This document shows, one piece after another, positions 41,778 to 55,082 of a stretch of DNA of 64,000 nucleotides (position 1 is the stretch's first letter; every line of letters starts with the position of its first letter). Where the stretch lies: NCBI GenBank assembly GCA_951406725.2, contig OX597823.1, forward strand, positions 100,626,001 to 100,690,000, given 5' to 3'. Position numbers and translations under genes: made by a program. This DNA is from Octopus vulgaris (lineage: Eukaryota). A model generated the notes under the pieces. It worked only from the letters and a program-made list of their open reading frames with translations. It ran no database searches and was not told the origin of the DNA.

Positions 41778-42115
41778 TCATAAGACATCAACAATCATGG
41801 ACCACCAAACTTTACTGTCCTCCACATTCACCTTAAACACATTATGAACCAGTCTTTCTGAAACCAGATTGTAAAGCCAATCTAGTATCTTCTTTCTCTC
41901 TCTTCCCTGATTCCTTCTTCCTTTTAATTCCCCATTTGTCACCAAATGTTCAAGGTTTTTCTTCTTATGATATCTAATGAACTGAGCTTGTTGTCTCCTT
42001 ACGTTGTCGAGTAACTTTCTGGTGATCTTTGCCCATCTAAGGGTGGCGATATTTATCACTATCTTCAGAAATCTTCTAAGGGACCATATCTCAGCAGCAT
42101 TGATAAGCTGTTGAA
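41778..42115 (-). mobile_element. RTE (BovB-like) ORF2 C-terminal remnant
   Basis: INAAEIWSLRRFLKI then VRRQQAQF..LEHLVTNGELKGRRNQGRER, typical RTE C-terminus. Confidence 0.7.
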
Positions 42116-43444
42116 CTTCTCTGCATGTGTTCCAAGTTACATAACCCTATGCAAGGATGGCCACTCAGGACAGTGTGTTGTGTTCTTGTGTAAAATAAAA
42201 TGCATTTTATGCTGTTCCAATCAACTCATCGGTAAATCAGTCTGCAACAGACTGGTGCCCCATCATCAGAAGGCAACAAAAAAAAAAAGAAAAAGAAAAA
42301 AGAAAAAAGGGCCACTGCTGTCGCTTCCCTGAGAAAAATCATGAATCTTCAGTCATTGCAATATATAACAGTTCTTGAATTAACAATATTTTTATTAGAT
42401 GGTGGTTTAGTGGTTATTACAATGAGTCATGGGAATTAGCAGGACTAGATGGGGACACACACACACACACACACCATTTCCTAGCATATGACACTCATTT
42501 AATGTTTGTCAAGTGTCACTGATAACAATGTATCCACCAGATTAAATTGAAATGAAACTACTGATGATAAAATTTGGTAACACTATAGAATACCGTGCAA
42601 TGGAGACCAACACAGTGTGAACACGCAAAAAAACACACTTATTCCTCCATCATTTTCATGTCAAAATAAATATTTTCTGAGTACACAGTTTTAATTAGAA
42701 TCCTCCCAAGTTCTACATACAGTGGGAACGTATTAAAGCCCTTTTCGGGGCTACTTTATTTGAATTCTTACTATTGGGTAATTAATTTTATGTTATTAAT
42801 TAACTGACTTCACAATTTGGGTATTCATAACTTATTGGGAATTCCTAGAAACAAGATCCTTTGTAAGACAGTTCGGTATTCTCTGTAAATGCACAAAAAC
42901 TGTTTTAAGGGCTACATACTTTGAATTGTTGTTACTGGATTAGTGAAACAATTATGAGAATGGAACCAAGGGATATGCACCGCTTTCCCGGGAATTACCG
43001 GCTACATCAGCTAGTATACAAATTACATACACACACATACATACATATTAGACAGAAAACAATGATTTCTGAATGAAACAAGATTTTTAAAAAATGTAGT
43101 TAGTAATTTATAAAGAAAAAATATGGGGCACACTAAACTAAACCCTTTTAAAGTTGGTGCACTTCATTGTTGGGCAGTACAGTCACATACATATACTAAG
43201 ACAGACACACACACACACATACATACATACATTCATGCACACCTCTGGACAAATTCCACCTATACCTGGATACAACTCACTCAACAAGAACCCCCAACTC
43301 AAATGGGCTATGATACTACAAAACTTGACTTAAAAAGGGTTTAGCAAATCTTATCAGATATTAAGTTAGACATGGTCAGGACCAATCTTTGGTTGAAATA
43401 TATCTATGTTTTTATCTAGATATGTGTGTGTGTGTGTGTGTATG

Positions 43445-43493
<49 letters not shown>

Positions 43494-43739
43494 CTAAAAC
43501 AATACTCCCTTCCATGAAGAGGACAAAAAGAAAGGCAGCAAAGAGGGGAAAATGTCTACTCCCCAAAGATGATATTCAGATGTAGTGTGTAATCCAACAA
43601 ACAGTAGGCTCCACCCAGATGTGAAAAGGGTAGCAGCTGAACAAAAATCCTTTTTGTGCATGGCACAAAAGATTGCCCAGCAGCTGACCTGGCTACAAAC
43701 ACAAACTTGAAACAACACACAAGGCTACCACTAACACCA

Positions 43740-45955
43740 ACAAAGATGTCACAATAGTATTTCTTCTAAGTATCAGAGGGCTGTTGCACATCAACTGTAA
43801 AACAAAAATCTAATTCCTGAGAGACCTTGCTGCATGCAATCAAGTTCTATGTATAGCACTTGTGGAAACGTATCTTAGACCTAAAACAAGAGATGCAGAA
43901 ATACACATACTACAATATGTTGTCATATGCTCAAATAGAAAAGGAGCCAGGGTGGAGTTGCTGTGTACATCTGAGAGGACCTCATGCCCCAGGTCCTGCT
44001 GTCATATCCAAATTCAGTTTGTGACACTCAAATTGTACACATAAGACCACTTAATTTTGTCATATGTACTACATATTGTTCACCGAATGCTCCAAATCAT
44101 ACAGGTAAGTTTGAAGACTGCCTAGCAAAGATAGAAGTTCTCACCAAACTGGAACAACACATCAGTGTATTCCTTTTGAGTGACTTTAACTTCCTCACTG
44201 TGGGATAGTCTGAGGGCCTATGCTCCCAGGAATGAAACACCACCAGCAAGCACAGGCAGAGACCCTGCTTCACCTTATTAATGCTTCTTTCATGGAGCAA
44301 ACTGTGCTGTAACCAACCAGCTTCAAAAACAATATGGACATTATCCATAATGTTAAAGTGACACCAACACTGGTCTCAGATCACAACATAATAGAGCAGT
44401 CTGTGTATGGACCAAAAGCCCCTGTAGATGTACAGCCTATAAGAAGCATCCAAAATGTCTCCAAACTGAATTTTCATAAAGCAAATGGGAAGTTTATTAA
44501 GAGATCCTCATTAAATGGCCTAAATGTCTCTCCACACCAGACATTGACATGAAACACAAACAAGCCATATGTGACAAATCTGTCCCACAGCACAGGACCA
44601 ACATACACAAAAACAGGATCCCTAGGGAAAGGAAGATTCTTATGAACTGGCAAAGACTACAAACCACCTGAACAAGCACCCTAAAAGTGGTAGGAGTCTC
44701 ACCTGGAGAGAGTGTCATTGGAGATTGTTAAAAGTTTGCATCAATCTCATGAAAAGCAGAGCAGATAAGAAATCTTGGGTTATAGAAAATATCAAGTCAA
44801 ACTTTAAAGCTTTCTTTAACTTTGCCAAAGAAACAATCTCAGTATGCCACAAGATAGGACCCCTCTTTCAAAACAATAGCTCCAGCTCCCTCACAGGAAA
44901 CCCAATGAGGATAAGTGAAATACTGAACGAACAGTTCCAAAGTGTGTTCACTACACATCTGGGACACAGGCAAGTGAACAAACCAGCAAAATTCTTTGCC
45001 ACTTTACCTGTAACTAAAGAGGCAAAAGTTGATTACCTCAACATTAAAGAAGATGTAACACTGGCCATAGATGGGGTTGATACAAACTCAGCTGCTGTCC
45101 CTGATGGATTCCCAGTGATCCTCCTCAAATCGTGCAAACAAGCCCTTGCAAAACCACTGCAGCTTCTAATTTCAGAACTTTCTTGCAAGTGGTAAGCTCC
45201 CAGGCAAACTGAAGGAAGGGATAATATTCCCTATCCATAAAGGCGGGGGACAGATGCTAAAAATTATAGGCCTATCTCTCTGACTTCACATATCGGCAAA
45301 GTCACGAAACGAATAGCCCACAAGAAACTAATCATATTCCTTGAAGATAATGACTTGCTGACTGACACCCAGCATGGATTTTGACCAGGTAGGAGCTACC
45401 AGTCACAACTCTTGCAACATTATGACTGGGTGTTAAAACAGCTGCTAAATGACTCGAGTGCGGATGTGACATATCTCGACTTTGACAAAGTTGACCATGG
45501 TATGATTGGTCACAAACTGCATGATCTCAGTATAGTTGGAAAACCTGGAGAGTGGCTGCATGACTTTCTAAAAGATAGACGTCAGGCAGTGGTGGCCAAT
45601 GGAACCACTTCAAAGGAAACACAAATAGCAAGTGGTGTTCCACAGGACACTGTCATTCATAGTGGCCCTCTCAGATATGCCCTCAGCTGCTCAGATAGTC
45701 ACCCTTGTTAGCTATGCAGATGGCACAAAAGTCTCTCAAACAATACAAAATCCTGGAAATATTGTGCATCTGCAACAGGAGCTGGTTGCAATATACAGAT
45801 TGGGTGAGGACAACAACATGCAGTTTAATGCAGGAAAATTCCAAGCCCAGAGCTAGCAGCACACAAGCTGAATGACATGTAGACAGGATACATTGGTCCG
45901 GGAGGAATAGCAATTCCTGACTCAAAATCAGTACATGACCTGGGCACTGACATGT
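43740..45955 (+). mobile_element. Decayed CR1-group LINE ORF2, same family as 55083-57680
   Basis: PQVLLSYPNSVCDT, VKVTPTLVSDHN, KIGPL, PDGFP, NYRPISLTS, YLDFDKVDHG, GVPQ, SYADG; many frameshifts. Confidence 0.9.
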
Positions 45956-46200
45956 CCTCTGCAGTCAGAGCATGTTTCACTACCATATAATATAGTCATT
46001 TTCACACAAGCATCATACAATCTACCTGTCATTCTGAGAGAGAGTCCTTTTGTTGCAAACAGAGGTAGTAGCTTTCTGAACTTCCTCCATCCTATATAAC
46101 CATACATTCAGAGCATCCACGACCGTTACTAATTTGGTCTACCTCAAGAGAGCCTCCTAAGTATTTTAGAAAGTCTAAGTTCCTTGTGCTCTTAGTGTTT
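45956..46200 (-). mobile_element. RTE fragment
   Basis: Reverse complement gives WRKFRKLLPL..GLSLRM..YDACV..YGSETC, matching the RTE copies elsewhere in the window. Confidence 0.7.
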
Positions 46201-49200
46201 ATTGTTCCTGCACACACACACACATGCATATGATGCACCAGTTTTGCCGTATGAAGATCCGACGACCTACTCTTTCTTTGTCAGTCATAATGCTTATGTT
46301 GAATGTGACATTTAAGTGCCACCAATGATTTGCAGAAAAGTTCACAGATCCTGCAACTGAAGCCTGTTAATGCTGGTTGCAACAAAGATTTTAACACCGT
46401 TTTGACACAATGATCTTCATTTTGTTCGTACCAAGGCTGTTTGCACAAAGGTGTTGTGAGTTATCTTCCCTCCCACCCATCCACTCTTAGTTTTTCTGTT
46501 CCACTCATGTCTACTCATCAGTGTCACCTTCTAGTGACACTGAGCACCTCATCATGCTATGTATCTCTTTGCAGTTACCTACCGATTCAGTTCTCACTCT
46601 CTCTCTTAAATATCAAAAGTCAAGCAGCTCCTCTACAACAAGAACATGCTCTGCCCCACCCCCTTCTACCTTAACCCACATCTGCTATCATGGAGCTCCT
46701 CCCTTGGGGTTTGGAGGCTTACAAATTGCATGGCAACCTCACCAGTGCTGGTGGTATGAGAAAAGCACCCAGTGTACACTGCACAGTGTTTGACTTTAGG
46801 AAGGGCATTCATCCATTGAAATCATTAAAGCAGGCACTGGAGCACGACGTGCTCCTTGGATTCACTGAAGCCTGTCAAACTACCCAATCCATGTCAGTAT
46901 GGAACACGGACATTTTGACCATTATGAAATATCTGGCACGATCAATTTTACATCCACTTTCAATGCTGTCATAAGCTGAACAAAACAGATAACATTCTAC
47001 AGCCAGATGCTCCTCCGGTTGCCAACATTCATTTTTTAAGGAAGGTACTTTTTTTTTACTGGTGTTCCTACAACGAAATTGCTCAATGGAAGCATAAACA
47101 TAACTGATGATGATTTATACACACGCAAGATCATTGTAATGTCGTTGTGCAATCAAAACATTTTAATAAATAGTTTCACCTATGACAATTCGTCTGTGAA
47201 GAACAATTAGCAGCTTGACTCATCTATCGCATCATTATTAAAAAAGAAAAATCTTCAACGCCATAACTGCCAATTAATTTATTTTAATTAAGTATTTATT
47301 ACTTCATCTTTATTTTGCAAAGACGTGTGAAGACAACTGTTTACAAGTAGAAAAAGATATATAAGTGAAAGAAATTTATCGATGGCTCGCAGGCAGAGAC
47401 AAGTAATGTGATTCAGGGGTATCCCAGAGAAAACAAAAACTGCAAAACGTTATTTCTAGAACTTTAGAATCTTATTTAAATGTGTAAAAAATTCTTTCAT
47501 TTGCTCTTTTCACAAATTTACCTTCCCATGAAAGAACTTAAGTTTAACAAATTTAAAATTGTACAAGGACTTTATGACGCGTGTGTGTGTAACAATGGAA
47601 TTTTATGAGTGGAGTGGTAGACAATTTGTCTGGTTGTCAGTTAATGCAGTATTTCCTCAAGGTCTGCCAGGGATTGTTAAATTCGTTGTCACACTTCCCA
47701 TTCTTAAAACTAAAAATAAATAACTGGTGTAATGTGTGAATGAGATGTCCTCGTTAGTCACTACCCTAAGTAGGTCATGAGGTGTGGCCACATTCTAACC
47801 GCTTCTATATTGACTTTTTCCTTGTTTTATTAAAAAGTTACACAACTCATGTTGTTGTCAGATTTTCTAAAAGAATGGAACGTTTGCACAAACAAAAAAA
47901 GAAAATCTTATAGTAAGTCTAATGAGGATTATATGCAATAACGAAATTGTCTAACATATTATTAAAGTGCTTTTAATAGGAAGAAAAAAGGTGTGGCGAG
48001 AAATAGAGTTAAAATGACTTTGTTATATCGCTAGAGACACCAATTGGTTACCTGTATAAAAAGGCTACCATATAAAACAGTACAACATTGTGTCCACTAG
48101 CAAGGAAACGGAAATAAAAATTACTATTAGGTGGAGAAACTAAACTTCATATTTTATTTCAGTACCATGAATATAAAGCTAGGGTAACTCTTTGTTGTCG
48201 TTCAGCTGCAGGTCAGCCACGATCTAGCAGAGCTATGATGAAAGGCATTCCGCTACGATCATCCATTCATTTCTTACGCACACGTTACTCAACGTGTCCG
48301 TTTCTTAAACAGGCGTGACTTGAGGGGGATATTTGTCGCTTTCTAGCAGGTTGAAAAACCACTGACTTCCTTGTTGATTATGTAATTGGAGGAGGGGGAC
48401 TGACAACTTTTATCTGAGTCCCAGATCCATTCATGTTTTCCTGTGATATCCAGGAAACAATTCACATGTATATCTAAGTATGTGGATACCATAATTTTTG
48501 TTTTTTCCTTCCTGGATAAAACAACACTATGTTAATAATATGTTATGTAACGGCTACGCAATAACATTTTTTATCTTACACCTTGACAATAGTTTTTATA
48601 GCTAACAAGTATCAATATTTCAGGTTAGTCGTGTTTCTGTTTCAAATCTTAGTCAAAATTAAATATAAGTAGTAAATATAAAAACGGTATGAATCACAAT
48701 GTGAGGGCAACGTGTATAGCAGTTTCTAATTTACGCATCAGGTAAGAAATTTGGAGGGAGGAGCAATTCGATACGGTCGATCCCAGGACTTGATTGGGAC
48801 TCCGGAGGGATGAAAGGCAAAGCTGATCTCAGTGGAATGTGAATTAGGATTATGTAAAGTATCAGAAGAAATACCGCAAGGCATAAAACCAAAAAAAAAT
48901 TTTAATCATCAAATACGTCAAACACTTCCAAGAAAGTTGTAGAAATCCAGACGTCATTCTTGCACGTAAGCTTCCCTCCTGATGAAGAGGCTTGGCTGGA
49001 AAAGGGTGAATGACGTCGTCTCTTCAAACCCGACACTCTGTAGACCAATATCGAAGGAATGATGAAATATGAACCTGTATGGGGATAGGTGATTAAAGCT
49101 AGTGATAGATAATAGAGCTTAAAAGGTAAAAAACGTAAAACGTGATATAAAAGGCTGGGACAGTAAGTTATCGGGACTAGAGTAATGAATAAATGGATTT

Positions 49201-50194
49201 ACCAACCCAGTGCTGCATTGATGAATGATATATAAATGAATAGATTGCCTTAATCTGTACCACCCTCCATTTTTTTTTTATGATACGATATAACGCGTAA
49301 ATTACCGTATCTTTTTGAAACGTTTGATGAAAATAAACACGTGTTGGCAATTAGAGGAAATAAACATGATCAACGTTATCTTCGTTACACATGATAAGAG
49401 AAAATATAGCTATATTTCAATAACCTGAAAAAAGAATAGACAAATGATACAATGAAATAAAAGCTTTTTAAAGGAAAGAATAATGATTCTAATACATTTC
49501 AAGTAGCTCAGAAAAAAAAAAAAGAAAAGGATACAATCAAACACTTCTCATCATCGGCGAGTAATTTTTTCACCAAAGGTAATGCTTCCATTATACCTGT
49601 TGAGTAAATCCTAAGTAAACTTGAGCAAATACATATGAAATAGAGATTTCCTATTGAATTCCAGTTCGGTTCTGTTTATTATATATATATACATCCAGGG
49701 GAAACAAATAGAATATTCTTTGTATTTCTAAATCGGACAATAGTTCCGACGGGTTACTATTGAATGGCAGCTGTTGAGGACATTCAAAGTAGAAGATAAA
49801 ATTGAATAGCACACGGTAAAGCGTTCACATGTCTGCAAAATAGTTTATATTTTTGGTTTTCTTGTAGCTAAAAGAAGGTAGAGAAAGATCGAATTGTACA
49901 TCTGTATTCATTTCTAGTTAGAAGAGAAAAAGAAAGTCCTCTTTTTGTATTTCAGGACATCGAATTCTTCCACTCGCATATTGTGTCCCAAGCAACTAAA
50001 CAGATTTTTTAAGATGCTATGTAATATCTGGCGAAATTATAGAATTTACTGCACGTAGGAATGACAAGTGTATATTGTCATTTCTCCGTGCATTATTCAT
50101 ACATTTGTCATTTCTACAGAAAAGCTCAGATAAGACGATGGCGATGCTAAAAATAACAATATGGGCAAGTATGCCTTAATGCTTTTTTTCTTAC

Positions 50195-50400
50195 GGTTTT
50201 GTAAGGAGTGCATTCAAAGTTCATCTCCGATGTTTCTATTCAGTCTTACGAGTTGGTCAACTGCTTCTTCTTCTCGGCTGTTGCCAAAATTCCGGTCATC
50301 AAAACGAACCAACAGGTTCTCACAGTTGAAACGTTTTAATTTCATCCAAGTCTGTTTCGACAGCTTTCTTACTGTGAATTATTTAGTAATTTGAAGGATG
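50195..50400 (-). other. Candidate first exon (5' UTR + start) of the minus-strand host gene
   Basis: Unique CpG-containing sequence with two GTAAG donors (after 50195 and 50250). ATG at 50213 gives MHSLQN+C (phase 1), in frame with exon 31544-31587. The 5' limit is a guess. Confidence 0.35.
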
Positions 50401-50838
50401 TGGAATAATTGTAACTGAGTAGGAGATGTTGAGACAATTATAAATCATAGAAACAGCTGATCGATGCATCAATTTGAAAATAATCCAAGATAATGTTGTT
50501 GGTTTGCCATGAAGACACAGAACCGACATTATATGTACAACAGAGCTAATGGATTTAGTTGCGTATTCAAACTTGGACAATATTGAGGCCGGGACGAAAG
50601 TTTTATTTGTTTTTAGTTCCAATCTAACACGAAATAAAACTTTGTAAAAAAAAATTAAATAAAAGATTTTTAAAAGATTAAATCTTTTTTACGAAATTAT
50701 AAGAATTAATTTTATATATTCGAGATACAAATTTTCACAATGTATACAGTGACTGAAAATCTATGTGTTTGGGAAACAAATAAATGCAATAATCTCTTAT
50801 TTACTAAACACATATTATTTCTTTATTTGTTACATATA

Positions 50839-50883
<45 letters not shown>

Positions 50884-50887
<4 letters not shown>

Positions 50888-51530
50888 AATGTTTCGTTTG
50901 TAGTAGCACACGTTTCCGTCGATTTCCGTAAAAAACTTTTATTTTTTTACATATGGCTTTGCGGGAATATTTGAAGTAATGAGAGCGAAAGAGACTAAGA
51001 GGAAGCGATTTTATGACGAGGGAATTTCTTTTTGAAGTCCCCGTGTGTGTGTTTGATGGGGTGTGGGAGACAGACAGTATGTTGTGTAAGTGAAGTGCTT
51101 CTGTTAGTGTGTGCGAAGAGACAGAGAGAGTAATGTCTGAAAGAAAGAGAGATAACTGAAATTTTTTACTCGGTGTATGTGTATATGTATGTGTGTGTGT
51201 ATGTATCTATGTATGTGTGTGTGTATGTATCTATGTATGTGTATGTATGTATGTATGGCCGATTCAGTGTAATTTTTTACTCGGTGTATGTGTATATGTA
51301 TGTCTGAATGTATGTGTGTATGTATGTATGGCCGATTCAGTGTAATTTTTTACTCGGTGTATGTGTATATGTATGTCTGCATGTATGTGTGTGTGTGTAT
51401 GTATCTATGTATGTGTGTGTGTATGTATGTGTGTGTGTATGTATGTGTGTATGTATGTATGGCCGATTCAGTGTTTACATTTTTTACGGAAATCGACGGA
51501 AACGTGTGCTACTACAAACGAAACATTGCC
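50884..51530. mobile_element. MITE / non-autonomous TIR DNA transposon in (TA)n
   Basis: ~50-bp TIRs ggcaaatgtttcgtttgtagtagcacacgtttccgtcgatttccgtaaaaa / tttttacggaaatcgacggaaacgtgtgctactacaaacgaaacattgcc; internal tandem units; TA tracts on both sides. Confidence 0.85.
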
Positions 51531-51575
<45 letters not shown>

Positions 51576-51654
51576 TATATATATATATATATTATATATA
51601 TTATATATATTATATCTCTCTCTATATATATATATATATTATATATATTATATA

Positions 51655-51880
51655 GGCGCAATGGCCCAGTGGTTAGGGCAGCGGACTTGCGGTCGGAGGA
51701 TCGCAGTTTCGATTCCCAGACCGGGCGTTGTGTGTGTTTATTGAGCGAAAACACCCAAAAGCTCCACGAGGCTCCGGCAGGGGATGGTGGTGATCCCTGC
51801 TGTACTCTTTCACCACTCTAAAGGCGGTGCTCCAGCATGGCCGCAGTCAAATGACTGAAACAAGTACAAAAAAAAAAAAT
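51655..51880 (+). mobile_element. Chimeric tRNA-derived SINE
   Basis: Head and body of the 12172-12468 family to ~51819, then the aaaggcggtgctccagcatggccgcagtcaaatgactgaaacaagta tail of the other family, then an A-run. Confidence 0.75.
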
Positions 51881-51926
51881 ATTATATATATTATATATAT
51901 TATATATATATTATATATATATATTA

Positions 51927-51968
<42 letters not shown>

Positions 51969-52451
51969 GGTTATAAAATGAGATAGGGGTTGAAAAATTC
52001 AACCCACCATGGGATAACATATCTCCAATATACTGCTTATATCTTCTCTATATATAAAACTGAAATGCGTTTTTACCGCTTGGTTCGCTTTCAATGCCAC
52101 TACATCCCGTCCGATTCGCTCCAAAATTTACACGGACATGTAGAATGAGGTGACGATGCGCGTGGGCTACCTTAGAAATCCCTAGCTTAAAAGGTGTGGT
52201 TGCTAGGGGCCATCTTCCTACCTCACCCTATTTCCTCCAGTACTCTGTCACTCCTCTTCATTTTACAATGCAACTACCGTTATTTAATGTAAAGTCTTCC
52301 TCAAATCACTCTGTAGCTATTTACTCTCTTCCAAGAACATTTTCACTCACTCTTATCTCTTACCTTCCTATACATTTTACTCATGTATCTATCAGCGTTC
52401 ATGGACAGTAACAAATATTACATCGCCATCCCCATCATTGTCTACCTGTCA

Positions 52452-52482
<31 letters not shown>

Positions 52483-52584
52483 TATATCTAATATTATATT
52501 TTTATTTTTATGTTTTTGTTTTTGGTTTTTTACTGTTTCATTTCCCTATTAGTGGTTTTATCTCTAATTTAATTTCTACAGCGT

Positions 52585-52629
<45 letters not shown>

Positions 52630-52884
52630 TATGTGGCCCCAGTACACCCGAATGAAATCGGGTTCTCTTCATCAAAATGTGAAAAGGGGTCTACAATTAT
52701 CATCGCCACAACTTATGTATGTCTTCCTCACTCACTCACTCTTTTTCCTAATGATAATTATCATCGCCACCACCAACACCACCAACACCACCAACACACA
52801 ATCTGGACAATCTTTCTCTTATAACAAATCATGTTTACATTGCAACGACGTCTGCCACCTCCGCCGTCTCTATTTATTCTGCAA

Positions 52885-53082
52885 ATGACCAGAACTCGGG
52901 AAACTTGGTTTAGTGTTCTATGGTCTATGACCAGAACTCGGGAAACTTGGTTGAGTGTTCTATGGTCTATGACCAGAACTCGGGAAACTTGCTTGACTGT
53001 TCTATGGTCTATGACCAGAAATCGGGAAACTTGGTTGAGTGTTCTATGGTCTATGACCAGAACTTGGGAAACTTGGTTGAGT
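52885..53082 (+). repeat. 42-bp minisatellite, ~4.7 copies
   Basis: Unit atgaccagaactcgggaaacttggttgagtgttctatggtct at 52885, 52927, 52969, 53011, 53053. Confidence 0.95.
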
Positions 53083-53773
53083 CCTCATCTTATAAAATGT
53101 GGCCCCAGTAGACCCAAATGAAATCGGGTTATATTAACCAAAAGGTGAAAAGGGGTATAAATGGGGCTGGAAGGGGATTAAAATTTAAAGGAGCGGGTGT
53201 TTAGCAATTCTTTGTTACATCAAGCTAAAAAAATTGCTCCAGCCTTTTAATCGTCAATGTGTTGCCGTCCATGATAAAGAAGTTTTGAATGCTTGCCATC
53301 GTGAGTCTACTGTCGTGAGAAAGAATCAAGTCAAAACTTGGTTTTTAGGGATTTTCTTTTACATCAAGTTCAAAATTTTACGCCAGCCGTTGAACTGTCA
53401 ATACGTTGCTGTCCGTCGTTAAGAAATGCCAGCCATGGTGACTCTACTATCCTCAAATTCTATCCCTTCAAACTTTGGTTTCCAATATTTTATTATTTTT
53501 ATTCAGCTCGCAAGTTCGTCTGTCCCTTTTAAATGTTAGTGTTTTGCTGTCTGTCTTGAAGCAGACCTTTCCTTTGTAACTGCCTGATATTTATGATTGA
53601 TCTTTCTAAATATTTTATTTCTCAACTTACTCAAGATCTTTTGTTGTTTATAAATGGGAGAGAGATACATAAAGATAGAGAGTAAGAGAAAGCGAGGGAG
53701 AGTCCGAGAGAAAGGAAGAGTAAGAGAGTGGGAAAGTGAGAGAGAAAGGAGAAAGAAACAAAGAGGGAGACTC

Positions 53774-54078
53774 ATCATCATCATCGTTTAACGTCCGTTT
53801 TCCGTGCTAGCACGGGTTGGACAGTTTGACAGGGGTCTGGGAAGCCAGGAGGCTGCACCAGGCTCCAGTCTGATCTAGCAGTGTTTCGACAGGTGGATGC
53901 CCTTCCTAACGCCAACCACTCTGTGAGCGTAGTGGGTGCTTTTTTCGTGCCGCCTGCACAGGTGCCAGGGGGGCTGGCAGCGGCCACGATCGGTTGGTGC
54001 TTTTTACGTGCCACCAGCACAGAAGCTAGTCAAGGCGGCGCTGCAATCCGCCACGTTCGGATGGTGCTTTTTACGTGC
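53774..54078 (-). repeat. RTE-3'UTR-related repeat nested in Helitron
   Basis: catcatcatcatcgtttaacgtccgttttccgtgctagcacgggttgg.., CpG intact. Confidence 0.85.
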
Positions 54079-54146
54079 TGAAAGGAAGCAACAGAAAGTA
54101 ACAACCACACTCTTACCCGCGCGTAGAGCGGGTCACCTTCAGCTAG

Positions 54147-54224
<78 letters not shown>

Positions 54225-54370
54225 TGAAATAGAAAGATGAATAACCTTGTTGCAGATTAATCAAAAGTTTAACCGATACCTTGGTAGCAAAAATCACAGC
54301 AGAAGACAGCACGGTTGGAGGTACAACCATATGGTGTTGCAACCATGCGTTGGTGCGGATAATTGAATTT

Positions 54371-55082
<712 letters not shown>

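Larger units (their letters stand above)
52047..54146 (+). mobile_element. Non-autonomous Helitron containing a minisatellite and a nested RTE-tail repeat
   Basis: 5'-TCTATATATAAAACTGAAATG (like the other Helitron 5' ends); 3' hairpin acccgcgcgtagagcgggt plus CTAG|t at 54143-54146. Confidence 0.75.

Noticed and set aside
42985-43014. Helitron-type 3' end (ccgggaattaccgg hairpin + CTAG|t)
   Set aside because: No matching 5' TC terminus could be located, so no element boundaries are claimed.
48950-49030. Hammerhead candidate around CTGATGA..GAAA
   Set aside because: Complementary segments exist (acgtcattc/gaatgacgt, gaagag/ctcttc) but do not give stems II and III in hammerhead order.
50217-50260. 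BH3-like motif LVRLNRNIGDEL
   Set aside because: The conserved Leu is one residue off the LxxxGD spacing and the ORF itself is unverified.
51655-51730. tRNA gene
   Set aside because: tRNA-like head continues into a SINE body also present at 12172-12468; no proper acceptor stem or T-run terminator.
52885-53082. CRISPR-like array
   Set aside because: Contiguous tandem units without spacers, no cas genes, eukaryotic context.
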